From an uncultured Negativicutes bacterium (GTDB taxonomy: Bacteria; Bacillota; Negativicutes; JBAXTZ01): a stretch of 20,393 nucleotides of DNA. A program made the position numbers and the translations under genes. Every line of letters starts with the position of its first letter. Within the stretch, counting starts at the first letter, position 1. Location: the NCBI GenBank assembly GCA_963721525.1, contig CAVRJL010000012.1, positions 1 through 20,393 on the forward strand, read 5' to 3'. Below the pieces are notes generated by a model. That model was not told where the DNA came from. It made no database searches and worked only from the letters and a program-made list of their open reading frames with translations. Shown one piece after another: positions 12,255 through 20,393 of this stretch.

Positions 12255-12300
12255 AGGGAAGCTTTAGTATAGAAATAGAAAAGTAAAATTGGAGGATATT

Positions 12301-12873
12301 ATGGAAAACAAGAAAGAAAATAATGAAAAAGAATATGGTTCTCAAGAAACAGAACTTGATAATAATGAAAAAGAGAAAAGTACAGGTATTAGAATAAAAG
12401 AAAATAAAGATGCGTTTCAAGTAGAACTTGAAAAAGAAAATTCTGAAATTGATGAATTAGGTGAATTAAAGGATAAATATTTACGTTTACAAGCAGAGTT
12501 TGATAATTTTCGTCGTCGTAATCTTAAAGAAAAAAACGAATTATTTGAGCAAGCTACGTATGAGATTATAAAAAAGATGTTACCTATAATTGATAATCTA
12601 GAACGAGGAATTAGCAGTAAAACAACTGACGTGGATGCGATAAATAAAGGTATTGAAATGATTTATAAACAGTTTTGCGATTTTTTAAACTCGATTGGCA
12701 TTGAATCAATACAAGCTGCAGGTAATATGTTTGATCCTAATTTACATGAAGCTGTGATATGTGAAGATAGTAATGAGCCTGATGGGATTATTATAGATGA
12801 ATTACAAAAAGGTTATAGTCATAAAGGGAAAATATTAAGACCAAGTATGGTTAAAGTATCGGGGAAAAAATAA
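12301..12873 (+). CDS. grpE: Nucleotide exchange factor GrpE
   Basis: YLRLQAEFDNFRRR, LPIIDNLER, FDPNLHEAV, QKGY..LRPSMVKV; ATG 12301 follows GGAGG. Confidence 0.98.
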   Translation: MENKKENNEKEYGSQETELDNNEKEKSTGIRIKENKDAFQVELEKENSEIDELGELKDKYLRLQAEFDNFRRRNLKEKNELFEQATYEIIKKMLPIIDNLERGISSKTTDVDAINKGIEMIYKQFCDFLNSIGIESIQAAGNMFDPNLHEAVICEDSNEPDGIIIDELQKGYSHKGKILRPSMVKVSGKK

Positions 12874-12920
12874 TATTATTTTAATAATACTTAATGTAAA
12901 TTTTGGAGGAAGTTAATAAA

Positions 12921-14759
12921 ATGAGTAAAATTATTGGCATTGATTTAGGTACTACAAATTCTGTTGTGGCGGTTATGGAAGGTGGCGAACCTGTCGTAAT
13001 AACTAACCCTGAAGGTTCACGTTTGACACCTTCTGTGGTAGGTTTTACTAAAACAGGTGATAGAATTGTGGGGCAATTAGCTAAAAGACAGGCAATTTCT
13101 AATACGGATAGAACAATTATTTCTATTAAAAGACATATGGGTACAGAGTATAAAGTTAAAATTGATGAAAAAATATATGCGCCTCAAGAAATTTCAGCAA
13201 TGATATTACAAAAAATTAAAGCAGATGCTGAAGCTTATTTAGGTACTACAGTAAGTAAAGCAGTAATTACGACACCTGCTTATTTTACAGATGCTCAACG
13301 GCAAGCTACTAAAGACGCTGGAACTATCTCAGGGCTGGAAGTTTTACGTATTATCAATGAGCCTACTGCTGCAGCCTTAGCATACGGATTAGATAAAGGT
13401 GAAGATCATACTATTTTGGTATTTGACTTAGGTGGAGGAACTTTTGATGTTTCTATTTTAGAATTAGGCGCAGATAAGGTTTTTGAGGTAAAAGCAACAA
13501 ATGGGAATAATCTACTTGGTGGAGATGATTTTGACGAACGTATATTAAATTGGCTTATTTCGGAATTTAAAAAAGAACAGGGTATTGATTTAGTTAACGA
13601 TAAAATAGCTAAACAAAGATTACTTGAAGCTGCAGAAAAAGCAAAATGTGAATTATCTAATATGTTTACTACAAATATAAATTTACCATTCATAACCGCA
13701 GATGCTGACGGACCAAAACACCTTGATATGATTTTAACTAGAAGTAAATTCGAAGAACTAACCTCAGATTTGGTAGAAAAAACAATGGATCCCACAAGAA
13801 AAGCACTTGCAGATGCTAATTTACAGCCTTCACAAATCGATAAAGTTATTTTAGTAGGCGGTTCAACAAGAATACCTGCAGTTCAAGAAGCTATAAAAAA
13901 AATGCTTGGAAAAGATCCTTATAAAGGGGTTAATCCAGATGAATGTGTAGCTATAGGTGCTGCTATTCAAGCTGGAGTTTTGACAGGCGAAGTAAAAGAT
14001 GTATTATTACTTGATGTTACGCCGCTTAGCCTTGGTATTGAAACTTTAGGTGGTGTTTTTACAAAAATAATTGAAAGAAATACAACTATTCCGACAAGAA
14101 AAAGTCAAATTTTCTCCACTGCGGCTGATAATCAACCTGGAGTGAGTGTTCATGTTTTACAAGGAGAGAGAGAAATGTCTATCTATAATAAAACTCTAGG
14201 ACGATTCGAGCTTAGCGGCATTTCTCCTGCTCCTCGTGGAGTTCCTCAAATAGAAGTAACTTTTGATATTGATGCAAACGGGATAGTTCATGTTTCAGCA
14301 AAAGATTTAGGAACAGGAAAAGAACAAAAAATTACTATAACTTCAAGTAGCGGTTTAAATCAAGATGAAATAGAAAAATTGGTTAAAGAAGCGCAATTAC
14401 ACGAGCAAGAAGATAAAAAACAAAAAGAAAAAATAGAAGTACATAATCAAGCAGATTCACTAATATATCAGGCTGAAAAAACCATTAAAGATTTAGATAA
14501 AAAAGCAGATATTGGTAAAGTTGAGGAAGTTAGTAAAGCCATAGAAAAATTAAAAGAATCATTAAAAGGAGAAGAAACAGAAAAAATAAAGGCATCTATC
14601 GAAACCTTAACAAAATTTCTTTATGAATTATCGTCAGCTGCTTATGCAGCTGACAATAAACCTGACAAAACAGCATCTCAACAAGAAAATATGTCTCAAC
14701 AAAAAACAGAAGACGTTGTTGATGCTGAATACAAGGTTGTAGACGAAGATAAAAAATAA
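12921..14759 (+). CDS. dnaK: Chaperone DnaK (Hsp70)
   Basis: [52 protein letters not shown]; ATG 12921 follows GGAGG. Confidence 0.99.
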   Translation: MSKIIGIDLGTTNSVVAVMEGGEPVVITNPEGSRLTPSVVGFTKTGDRIVGQLAKRQAISNTDRTIISIKRHMGTEYKVKIDEKIYAPQEISAMILQKIKADAEAYLGTTVSKAVITTPAYFTDAQRQATKDAGTISGLEVLRIINEPTAAALAYGLDKGEDHTILVFDLGGGTFDVSILELGADKVFEVKATNGNNLLGGDDFDERILNWLISEFKKEQGIDLVNDKIAKQRLLEAAEKAKCELSNMFTTNINLPFITADADGPKHLDMILTRSKFEELTSDLVEKTMDPTRKALADANLQPSQIDKVILVGGSTRIPAVQEAIKKMLGKDPYKGVNPDECVAIGAAIQAGVLTGEVKDVLLLDVTPLSLGIETLGGVFTKIIERNTTIPTRKSQIFSTAADNQPGVSVHVLQGEREMSIYNKTLGRFELSGISPAPRGVPQIEVTFDIDANGIVHVSAKDLGTGKEQKITITSSSGLNQDEIEKLVKEAQLHEQEDKKQKEKIEVHNQADSLIYQAEKTIKDLDKKADIGKVEEVSKAIEKLKESLKGEETEKIKASIETLTKFLYELSSAAYAADNKPDKTASQQENMSQQKTEDVVDAEYKVVDEDKK

Positions 14760-14802
14760 TTATTTAAAATTGTTCTAATAATAAAATGAAAGTAATGAAA
14801 GT

Positions 14803-14860
14803 GTTGCCAAAGTAGTTACAATTAATATTTTGCATAAATTATAGCTACTTTGGCAACTTT
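14803..14860 (+). terminator. Long dnaK-dnaJ intergenic stem-loop (partial terminator or mRNA stabiliser)
   Basis: GTTGCCAAAGTAG (14803-14815) pairs with CTACTTTGGCAAC (14845-14857), extendable inward; only a short T tail. Confidence 0.7.
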
Positions 14861-14904
14861 AATTAGACTTTTGTAAAAAAGTTGTTGTGTAATTTGGAGT
14901 AAAA

Positions 14905-16044
14905 ATGAGTAAACATGATTATTATGAAATTTTAGGATTAACGCATAATGCTGGAGATGAGGAAATAAAAAAAGCGTATAGGAGTTTAGCACGTAAATAT
15001 CATCCCGATGTAAATAAAAGTAACGCTAAACAATCAGAAGAAAAATTTAAAGAAATAAATGAAGCATATGAGATATTGTCAGATCCACAAAAAAGAGCTG
15101 CGTATGATCAATATGGACATGCAGCATTTCAGCAAGGTAGAGGTGATAATGGGTTCAATTTTGATTTTAGCGATATTTTTGAAAGTTTTTTTGGAGGTAA
15201 TCCTTTTAGTAGTCCTAGCAAAACTAGAAAACCTGGGCCTGAACGAGGAGATGATTTACGTTTTGACTTAAAAATTTTACTTACGGAAGCTGCTGTAGGG
15301 ATAGAAAAAGAAGTTGAGATACCTCGGTTGGAAAATTGCTTTATTTGTAAAGGTAGCGGTTGTGAGCCAGGAACTAGCAAAGTAACTTGTGCAATTTGTA
15401 AGGGAAACGGACAAACACAAACAGTACATACTACTCCTTTAGGTAGAGTTCTAAACTCTCGAACTTGTAGTAATTGTAACGGTACAGGAGAAGTAGTTTC
15501 TAAGCCATGTAAACAATGCGATGGAGTTGGACAAATAAATAAAAAAAGTAAGATTAAATTAAAAATACCTGCAGGTGTTGACACAGGGATGAAACTTCGT
15601 GTTGCAGGAGAAGGGGGAGCAGGAATAAGAGGAGGATCTCCTGGAGATCTTTATGTTTTTATAATCGTAGAAACGCACAAACTATTTCGAAGAGAAAGAG
15701 AAGGAAATGATATCTATTATGAACAGAATATTTCAATGTTTCAAGCTGTTCTAGGAGATAAAATTATTGTACCTACATTATATGGAGAAGCGGAATTGAT
15801 TATACCTGCGGGGACTCAGCCTAATTCTACTTTTAGAATAAAAGGAAAAGGAATGCCTGATACTAGACGCTATGGTTCAATTAAAGGAGATCAAGTTGTT
15901 TTATTCAAAGTAAATATTCCTAAAAAATTAACTGTAAAGCAGCGTGAAATACTACAAGAATTAGCTGATAAAGAAAAAAGAAAAGAACAAAAAGATAAAA
16001 GCTTTCTTGGGCGAGTAAAAGAGGCTATTGTGGGTGAAGACTAG
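14905..16044 (+). CDS. dnaJ: Chaperone DnaJ (class A)
   Basis: J domain with HPD, G/F region with DIF, four CxxCxGxG repeats, C-terminal IPAG repeats. Confidence 0.99.
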   Translation: MSKHDYYEILGLTHNAGDEEIKKAYRSLARKYHPDVNKSNAKQSEEKFKEINEAYEILSDPQKRAAYDQYGHAAFQQGRGDNGFNFDFSDIFESFFGGNPFSSPSKTRKPGPERGDDLRFDLKILLTEAAVGIEKEVEIPRLENCFICKGSGCEPGTSKVTCAICKGNGQTQTVHTTPLGRVLNSRTCSNCNGTGEVVSKPCKQCDGVGQINKKSKIKLKIPAGVDTGMKLRVAGEGGAGIRGGSPGDLYVFIIVETHKLFRREREGNDIYYEQNISMFQAVLGDKIIVPTLYGEAELIIPAGTQPNSTFRIKGKGMPDTRRYGSIKGDQVVLFKVNIPKKLTVKQREILQELADKEKRKEQKDKSFLGRVKEAIVGED

Positions 16045-16201
16045 TATGTTGACTTTTGAGAACAATATTTAACTAGTAAATAACTGATAATAGATAATAT
16101 TATTTCTCCTCTTAATTAACCAATCAATATTTTAATCTTAAATTAACGTATTTGTATCAATAATCATAGTTATTAAAAATTTTTTTGACAATATATAAAA
16201 A

Positions 16202-16331
16202 AAGATTATTTTGGCAATAGGTACTGAATGTGGCTCTTAAATAGAAAAACCTATCAATAATAAATTTAAATAAACTTATAAAGAGAAAAATATAAAAAAT
16301 GTTGCGCGCGGACATGGTAGCAATAAAATAA
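16202..16331 (+). pseudogene. rsmE: Relic of 16S rRNA m3U1498 methyltransferase RsmE (3' part)
   Basis: KIILAIGTECGS* (16202-16240) vs IGPEGGFS, and frameshifted KMLRADMVAI (16296-16325) vs RILRAETAAI. The motifs are 82 nt apart against about 84 expected; position matches dnaJ-prmA-rsmE-mtaB order. Confidence 0.8.
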
Positions 16332-16344
16332 ATTGGAATAGTTT

Positions 16345-17628
16345 ATGATAAATATTTGCGTATTAAGTTTGGGTTGTAAAGTAAATCAAGCAGAAGCGGA
16401 TACTATTAAAAATAGTTTACTTGAAAAAAACTATAAATTAGTGGGAGACAAAGAGGATTTTGACATAGTAGTTATTAATACGTGTGCAGTTACACATGTC
16501 GCTGAAAAAAAATCAAAACAATTAATAAGAAAGTTAAAGAGAAAAGCGCCGAATTGTATAGTTATTATTACAGGTTGTTTTGCCAGTACAGTTAAAAACA
16601 ATGTAAATATTGGTGTAGATTGTATTGTATATAATAAAAATAAAGAAAATATTGTTAAATTTTTAGAAACTTTATTATTTACTAAAAATATCGAACTTAA
16701 AAAAAATAGTCTACAACAAACAAAACTCACAATCCAAAAATCACTGCAAGTCAAAGAAAGAACAAGAGCTTTTATAAAAATACAAGACGGATGTGATAAT
16801 TTCTGTTCCTATTGTATAATTCCTTATGTAAGAGGACCATCGGTTTCTTTAGGGGAAGAGGAAATACTAGAAAATGTAAAAAAAAAATTAGCTGCTGGGT
16901 TTAAGGAGATAATACTAACAGGGATTCATATAGGTAATTATGGTAAAGATAAAAATAATTTATTGAACTTAGAAGATATCGTAAAAAAAATCTTAACATT
17001 GCCTAATTTATATCGTTTGCGATTAAGTTCGATTGAAAGTACAGAATTATCTGAAAATTTACTCAATTTATTTGAAAAAGATAAACGTTTATGCAGACAT
17101 TTACATTTACCTTTGCAATCAGCTTGTGATAGTATTTTGCAAAAAATGAATAGAAAATATAAAGTAGAAGAATATTTTAATTTATTATTTAATATTAAAG
17201 CACGTTTTCCTGATATGCTAATTACTACTGATATTATTGTCGGTTTTCCAGGAGAAACAGAAAACGATTTTCTAATAACGGTTGAAAATCTTAAAAGAAT
17301 GCCATTAGGATGGATACATGTGTTCCCTTTTTCAATAAGGCAAGAAACAAAAGCGTGCAATATGAAAAACCATATACTTAGTAATAAGAAAAGAGAGAGG
17401 GTGAAAATAATAAAAGAAATATCTAATAATTTATACAGTAAACAAGTAAAATCATTCTTAGAAACTGAAAGAGAAGTATTATTTGAAGGTAACAAAAATA
17501 ATTATTTTTACGGATTAACTGATAATTATTTAAAAATTTTTGTTTTTAGCTTACAAAATTTAAAAGGAGAAATAAAAAAAGTTAAGATACAACAAATTAA
17601 TAAAAAATATATAATAGGAATAATTTAG
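16345..17628 (+). CDS. mtaB: tRNA t6A37 methylthiotransferase MtaB
   Basis: LGCKVNQ, INTCAVT, ITGC, RTRAFIKIQDGCDNFCSYCIIPYVRG, RLRLSSIE, HLHLPLQS, DIIVGFPGET, IHVFPFS; conserved location after dnaJ. Confidence 0.95.
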   Translation: MINICVLSLGCKVNQAEADTIKNSLLEKNYKLVGDKEDFDIVVINTCAVTHVAEKKSKQLIRKLKRKAPNCIVIITGCFASTVKNNVNIGVDCIVYNKNKENIVKFLETLLFTKNIELKKNSLQQTKLTIQKSLQVKERTRAFIKIQDGCDNFCSYCIIPYVRGPSVSLGEEEILENVKKKLAAGFKEIILTGIHIGNYGKDKNNLLNLEDIVKKILTLPNLYRLRLSSIESTELSENLLNLFEKDKRLCRHLHLPLQSACDSILQKMNRKYKVEEYFNLLFNIKARFPDMLITTDIIVGFPGETENDFLITVENLKRMPLGWIHVFPFSIRQETKACNMKNHILSNKKRERVKIIKEISNNLYSKQVKSFLETEREVLFEGNKNNYFYGLTDNYLKIFVFSLQNLKGEIKKVKIQQINKKYIIGII

Positions 17629-17732
17629 AGTAACTTTAATAATTTTTTAAAATAATTATTATATTAAAGAAAAATATTTATTTTTTAATACTGTGTTAAA
17701 ATTAATTTGATTAGATACGAAGGAGAAAAATT

Positions 17733-17960
17733 ATGTTTTTTAAAAAGATAGCTGAGTATTTAGGTTTAACTAAGGGGGAAAAGTTTGGTTTTTCCCCCGT
17801 TGGTGGAGATAAGATTTTTTTTGCAGCTTTAATTACAGCGATTTTTGCTGCGAGTAGAAGGATTCGGTTTATTTTAGGACTCGTTACCTTTATTTTTTCA
17901 CTTATGGCGATTGTAGAAACTGTAATGTGTAAGTATGGTTGTGAATGTAAAAAAAAATAA
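17733..17960 (+). CDS. Small hypothetical membrane protein (75 aa)
   Basis: Strong RBS AAGGAG, ATG start, less AT-rich than its flanks, two hydrophobic segments, Cys/Lys-rich tail, followed by a terminator-like hairpin. Confidence 0.72.
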   Translation: MFFKKIAEYLGLTKGEKFGFSPVGGDKIFFAALITAIFAASRRIRFILGLVTFIFSLMAIVETVMCKYGCECKKK

Positions 17961-17990
17961 GCGAAAGTGTTTAAATTTTATATTTTTGGT

Positions 17991-18034
17991 AAAACAAATT
18001 GCAAAAACAGATAAGTTTTTGCAATTTGTTTTTT
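17991..18034. terminator. Intrinsic, possibly bidirectional, terminator
   Basis: Perfect 18-bp inverted repeat AAAACAAATTGCAAAAAC (17991-18008) / GTTTTTGCAATTTGTTTT (18015-18032) ending in a T run. Confidence 0.75.
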
Positions 18035-18088
18035 ATGAAAGATTAAAAAATATCGATACTTTTAGGTTCACTTTATTGTAAAAAAATA

Positions 18089-18097
18089 TGGTATAAT
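18089..18097 (+). promoter_or_regulatory. Extended -10 promoter for dpaL-ssnA
   Basis: TGGTATAAT (TGn-TATAAT) about 60 nt upstream of the dpaL start; no good -35. Confidence 0.6.
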
Positions 18098-18156
18098 TAA
18101 TCTGTATGTCCAGAACGAAACTAACAGGTTGTAAAACAATAAACTTAGGAGGAATA

Positions 18157-19374
18157 ATGGAAGAAGTTAAATGGAAATTAAATGATAGTAAATATTACAA
18201 ATCTCCTAAATCTAAAACAGAAGCTTTTAGCAATAATGAAGTGAAAAAGATACGGTATTTTCATTCTACAATACCTGGATACTTTCCTACCCCTTTACGT
18301 GGACTAAATAATTTTGCGAAGCGGATTAATGTTAAAAAAATATACATAAAAGATGAATCGTATCGTTTTGGATTGAACGCTTTTAAAGTGTTAGGAGGGT
18401 CGTTTGCAATTGCCCAATATTTGGCTCAAAAATTAGAAAAAGATATTAGTGAAATGCCCTTTGCGATTATGATAAGCAATGATGTGCGAAAAAAACTTGG
18501 CGAGGTGGTTTTTGCGACAACTACTGATGGAAACCATGGGCGAGGAATTGCTTGGACTGCTCGTATGTTAAAACAAAAAGCGGTTGTATACATGCCTAAA
18601 GGATCAGCACAAATTAGATTGGAAAATATTCAAGCTGAAGGGGCACAAGCCAAAATTATTAATGCTAATTATGATGATGCTGTAAGAATTACGGCTAAAG
18701 ATGCAAAAATAAATAATTGGGTTGTTATCCAAGATACTGCTTGGGAAGGATATACAAATATCCCTCTTTGGATTATGCAAGGGTACGTAACTATGGCAAG
18801 CGAAGCTGATATGCAGTTGGAACTTTTAACTAATCAGTCTCCTACTCATATTTTTGTACAGGCAGGAGTAGGTTCTTTAGCAGGGGCAGTTCAAGGGTAT
18901 TTTGTGCAAAAATATGGTAAAAATAGACCAAAAGTTATTGTAGTTGAATCAAGTGCAGCGGATTGCTTATATAAATCAGCCGTTGCCAATAATGGCAAAG
19001 CACATAATGTTGGTGGAGAGCTAAATACTATTATGGCCGGTTTAGCTTGTGGTGAGCCAAATATTATTTCTTGGGAAATATTACGAGATTATGCAGAATG
19101 TTTTGTAAGTTGTCCTGATCATGTAGCTGAACATGGTATGAAGTTGTTAGGTAATCCTATTGATAAAGACAAAAAGGTTATTTCAGGTGAATCAGGAGCT
19201 GTCACGGCAGGGTTATTAGCTTCAATAATGTGCTGCAAAGAGATGGAAACACTTAAGTGCGCATTGGAACTTAACGAAAGATCTCAAGTTCTGTTATTTA
19301 GCACTGAAGGAGATACAGATCCTGAAAAATATCGTCAAATCGTGTGGGGTAAAGATTGTCTTTGTGGCAAATAG
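18157..19374 (+). CDS. dpaL: Diaminopropionate ammonia-lyase (DpaL/YgeX), PLP-dependent
   Basis: KDESYRFGLNAFKVLGG, TTDGNHGRG, QDTAWEGY, IMQGY, QAGVGS, TIMAGLACGEP, ISGESGA, STEGDTDP; ATG 18157 follows AGGAGG. Confidence 0.97.
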   Translation: MEEVKWKLNDSKYYKSPKSKTEAFSNNEVKKIRYFHSTIPGYFPTPLRGLNNFAKRINVKKIYIKDESYRFGLNAFKVLGGSFAIAQYLAQKLEKDISEMPFAIMISNDVRKKLGEVVFATTTDGNHGRGIAWTARMLKQKAVVYMPKGSAQIRLENIQAEGAQAKIINANYDDAVRITAKDAKINNWVVIQDTAWEGYTNIPLWIMQGYVTMASEADMQLELLTNQSPTHIFVQAGVGSLAGAVQGYFVQKYGKNRPKVIVVESSAADCLYKSAVANNGKAHNVGGELNTIMAGLACGEPNIISWEILRDYAECFVSCPDHVAEHGMKLLGNPIDKDKKVISGESGAVTAGLLASIMCCKEMETLKCALELNERSQVLLFSTEGDTDPEKYRQIVWGKDCLCGK

Positions 19375-19406
19375 GTTATAACAAAGAAATTAAGAGGAGG
19401 AACACC

Positions 19407-20393
19407 ATGATTTTAATTGGTAACGGTCGAGTATTAACAAGGAATGAGCAAAATCCTTGGTTAGAAGATGGTTGTATCGCCATTAAAGATAATCTTATTG
19501 TAGATATTGGCCCAACTTCTGTGTTGCATAGTAAGTATCCTAAAACCCAATTTGTAGATGTGGGGAAAAAGTTAATAATGCCAGCTCTAATCAATCCCCA
19601 TATGCATTTTTATAGTACTTTTGCTCGCGGAATGGCAATGCCAAGTGCTCCAGCGCAGAATTTTATTGAAATTTTAGAAAAATTATGGTGGCGTTTAGAT
19701 AAAGTTTTAACTATGGAAGATGTTTTTTATAGCGCCTTAGTTCCATTGGTAAATTCCATAAAATATGGTGTTACTACAATATTTGATCATCATGCCAGCC
19801 CTATGGCACTGTCCAACTCATTATTTAAGATTGCAGAAGCAGTAAAAAATGCTGGAATACGAGGATGTTTATGTTATGAAGTATCTGACCGTGATGGTAA
19901 GGATATAGCCAATAGTGGAATTCAAGAAAATATTGATTTTATTAATTATTGCAAACATTCTTCTGATGATATGTTAAAAGGGATGTTTGGACTTCATGCT
20001 TCTTTAACTTTACACGAAGTTACTCTTAAAAAATGTGCTCAGGTAAACGCTGATACAGGAGTTGGATTCCATATTCATGTTGCTGAAGATATAGCAGACC
20101 AAAAAAATAGTTTGGCTAACTATAATGAGCGTGTAATAAATCGTTTGAACAGACATGGGTTGTTAGGTGAAAAATCAATAGCTGTTCATTGTGTTCATAT
20201 TACGGAGGATGAAAAAAGTATACTTAAGATAAATAATACAGCAGTAGTGCATAATGCTCAATCAAATATGGGTAACGCGGTAGGTTGTTCTCCCGTATTA
20301 GATATGTTCTCTAAAGGTATTATGTTAGGGTTAGGGACTGACGGTTATACAAGTAATATGTTTGAGTCTTATAAAATAGCAAATATTTTACAT
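19407..20393 (+). CDS. ssnA: Putative aminohydrolase SsnA (amidohydrolase superfamily), truncated by the window end
   Basis: Absent from the ORF track because it has no stop in the window. GAGGAGG RBS, MILIGNGRVLTR, INPHMHFYSTFARG (HxH), LWWRLD, DHHASP, CYEVSDRDG, FGLHAS, FHIHVAE, HNAQSNMGNAVG, LGTDG; 329 codons open to the end. Confidence 0.93.
   Translation, partial: MILIGNGRVLTRNEQNPWLEDGCIAIKDNLIVDIGPTSVLHSKYPKTQFVDVGKKLIMPALINPHMHFYSTFARGMAMPSAPAQNFIEILEKLWWRLDKVLTMEDVFYSALVPLVNSIKYGVTTIFDHHASPMALSNSLFKIAEAVKNAGIRGCLCYEVSDRDGKDIANSGIQENIDFINYCKHSSDDMLKGMFGLHASLTLHEVTLKKCAQVNADTGVGFHIHVAEDIADQKNSLANYNERVINRLNRHGLLGEKSIAVHCVHITEDEKSILKINNTAVVHNAQSNMGNAVGCSPVLDMFSKGIMLGLGTDGYTSNMFESYKIANILH

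Noticed and set aside
16185-16212. Internal promoter for mtaB (TTGACA at 16185)
   Set aside because: The best -10 at suitable spacing is TATTTT, too weak to call in this AT-rich background.
18106-18156. Upstream ATG start for dpaL
   Set aside because: It has no RBS and lies almost at the predicted transcription start; ATG 18157 follows a perfect AGGAGG.
5797-19594. Antisense or overlapping ORFs (5797-6084, 7563-7949, 11633-11965, 12211-12420, 13406-13795, 15059-15271, 15129-15584, 16431-16754, 16938-17495, 19376-19594)
   Set aside because: They are shadows of well-supported plus-strand genes and have no recognisable motifs.

Overview
The window opens with a complete rRNA operon on the + strand (16S, tRNA-Ile(GAU), tRNA-Ala(UGC), 23S, 5S, terminator). 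The 16S reads as Bacillota, most like Negativicutes/Acidaminococcaceae by my recollection of signature stretches (not database-checked). All recognisable intact genes are on the + strand: an MccA/CysK-family PLP enzyme, HU, type III pantothenate kinase (coaX), moaA, a CIRCE-controlled hrcA-grpE-dnaK-dnaJ operon, mtaB, a 75-aa orphan membrane protein, and the start of a dpaL-ssnA cluster that runs off the right edge. The long AT-rich intergenic gaps appear to be heavily eroded genes: by eye I can read relics of dusB (after coaX), hemW (before hrcA), rsmE (before mtaB) and, tentatively, a butyrate kinase on the minus strand, while prmA is missing from its usual place. This suggests a genome in active reductive evolution that still keeps Moco synthesis and anaerobic purine/urate-catabolism genes. 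The rRNAs carry several extended helices, and two distant 23S insertions share the same 7-nt-periodic hairpin motif. All protein-family calls rest on motif recognition, not on searches.
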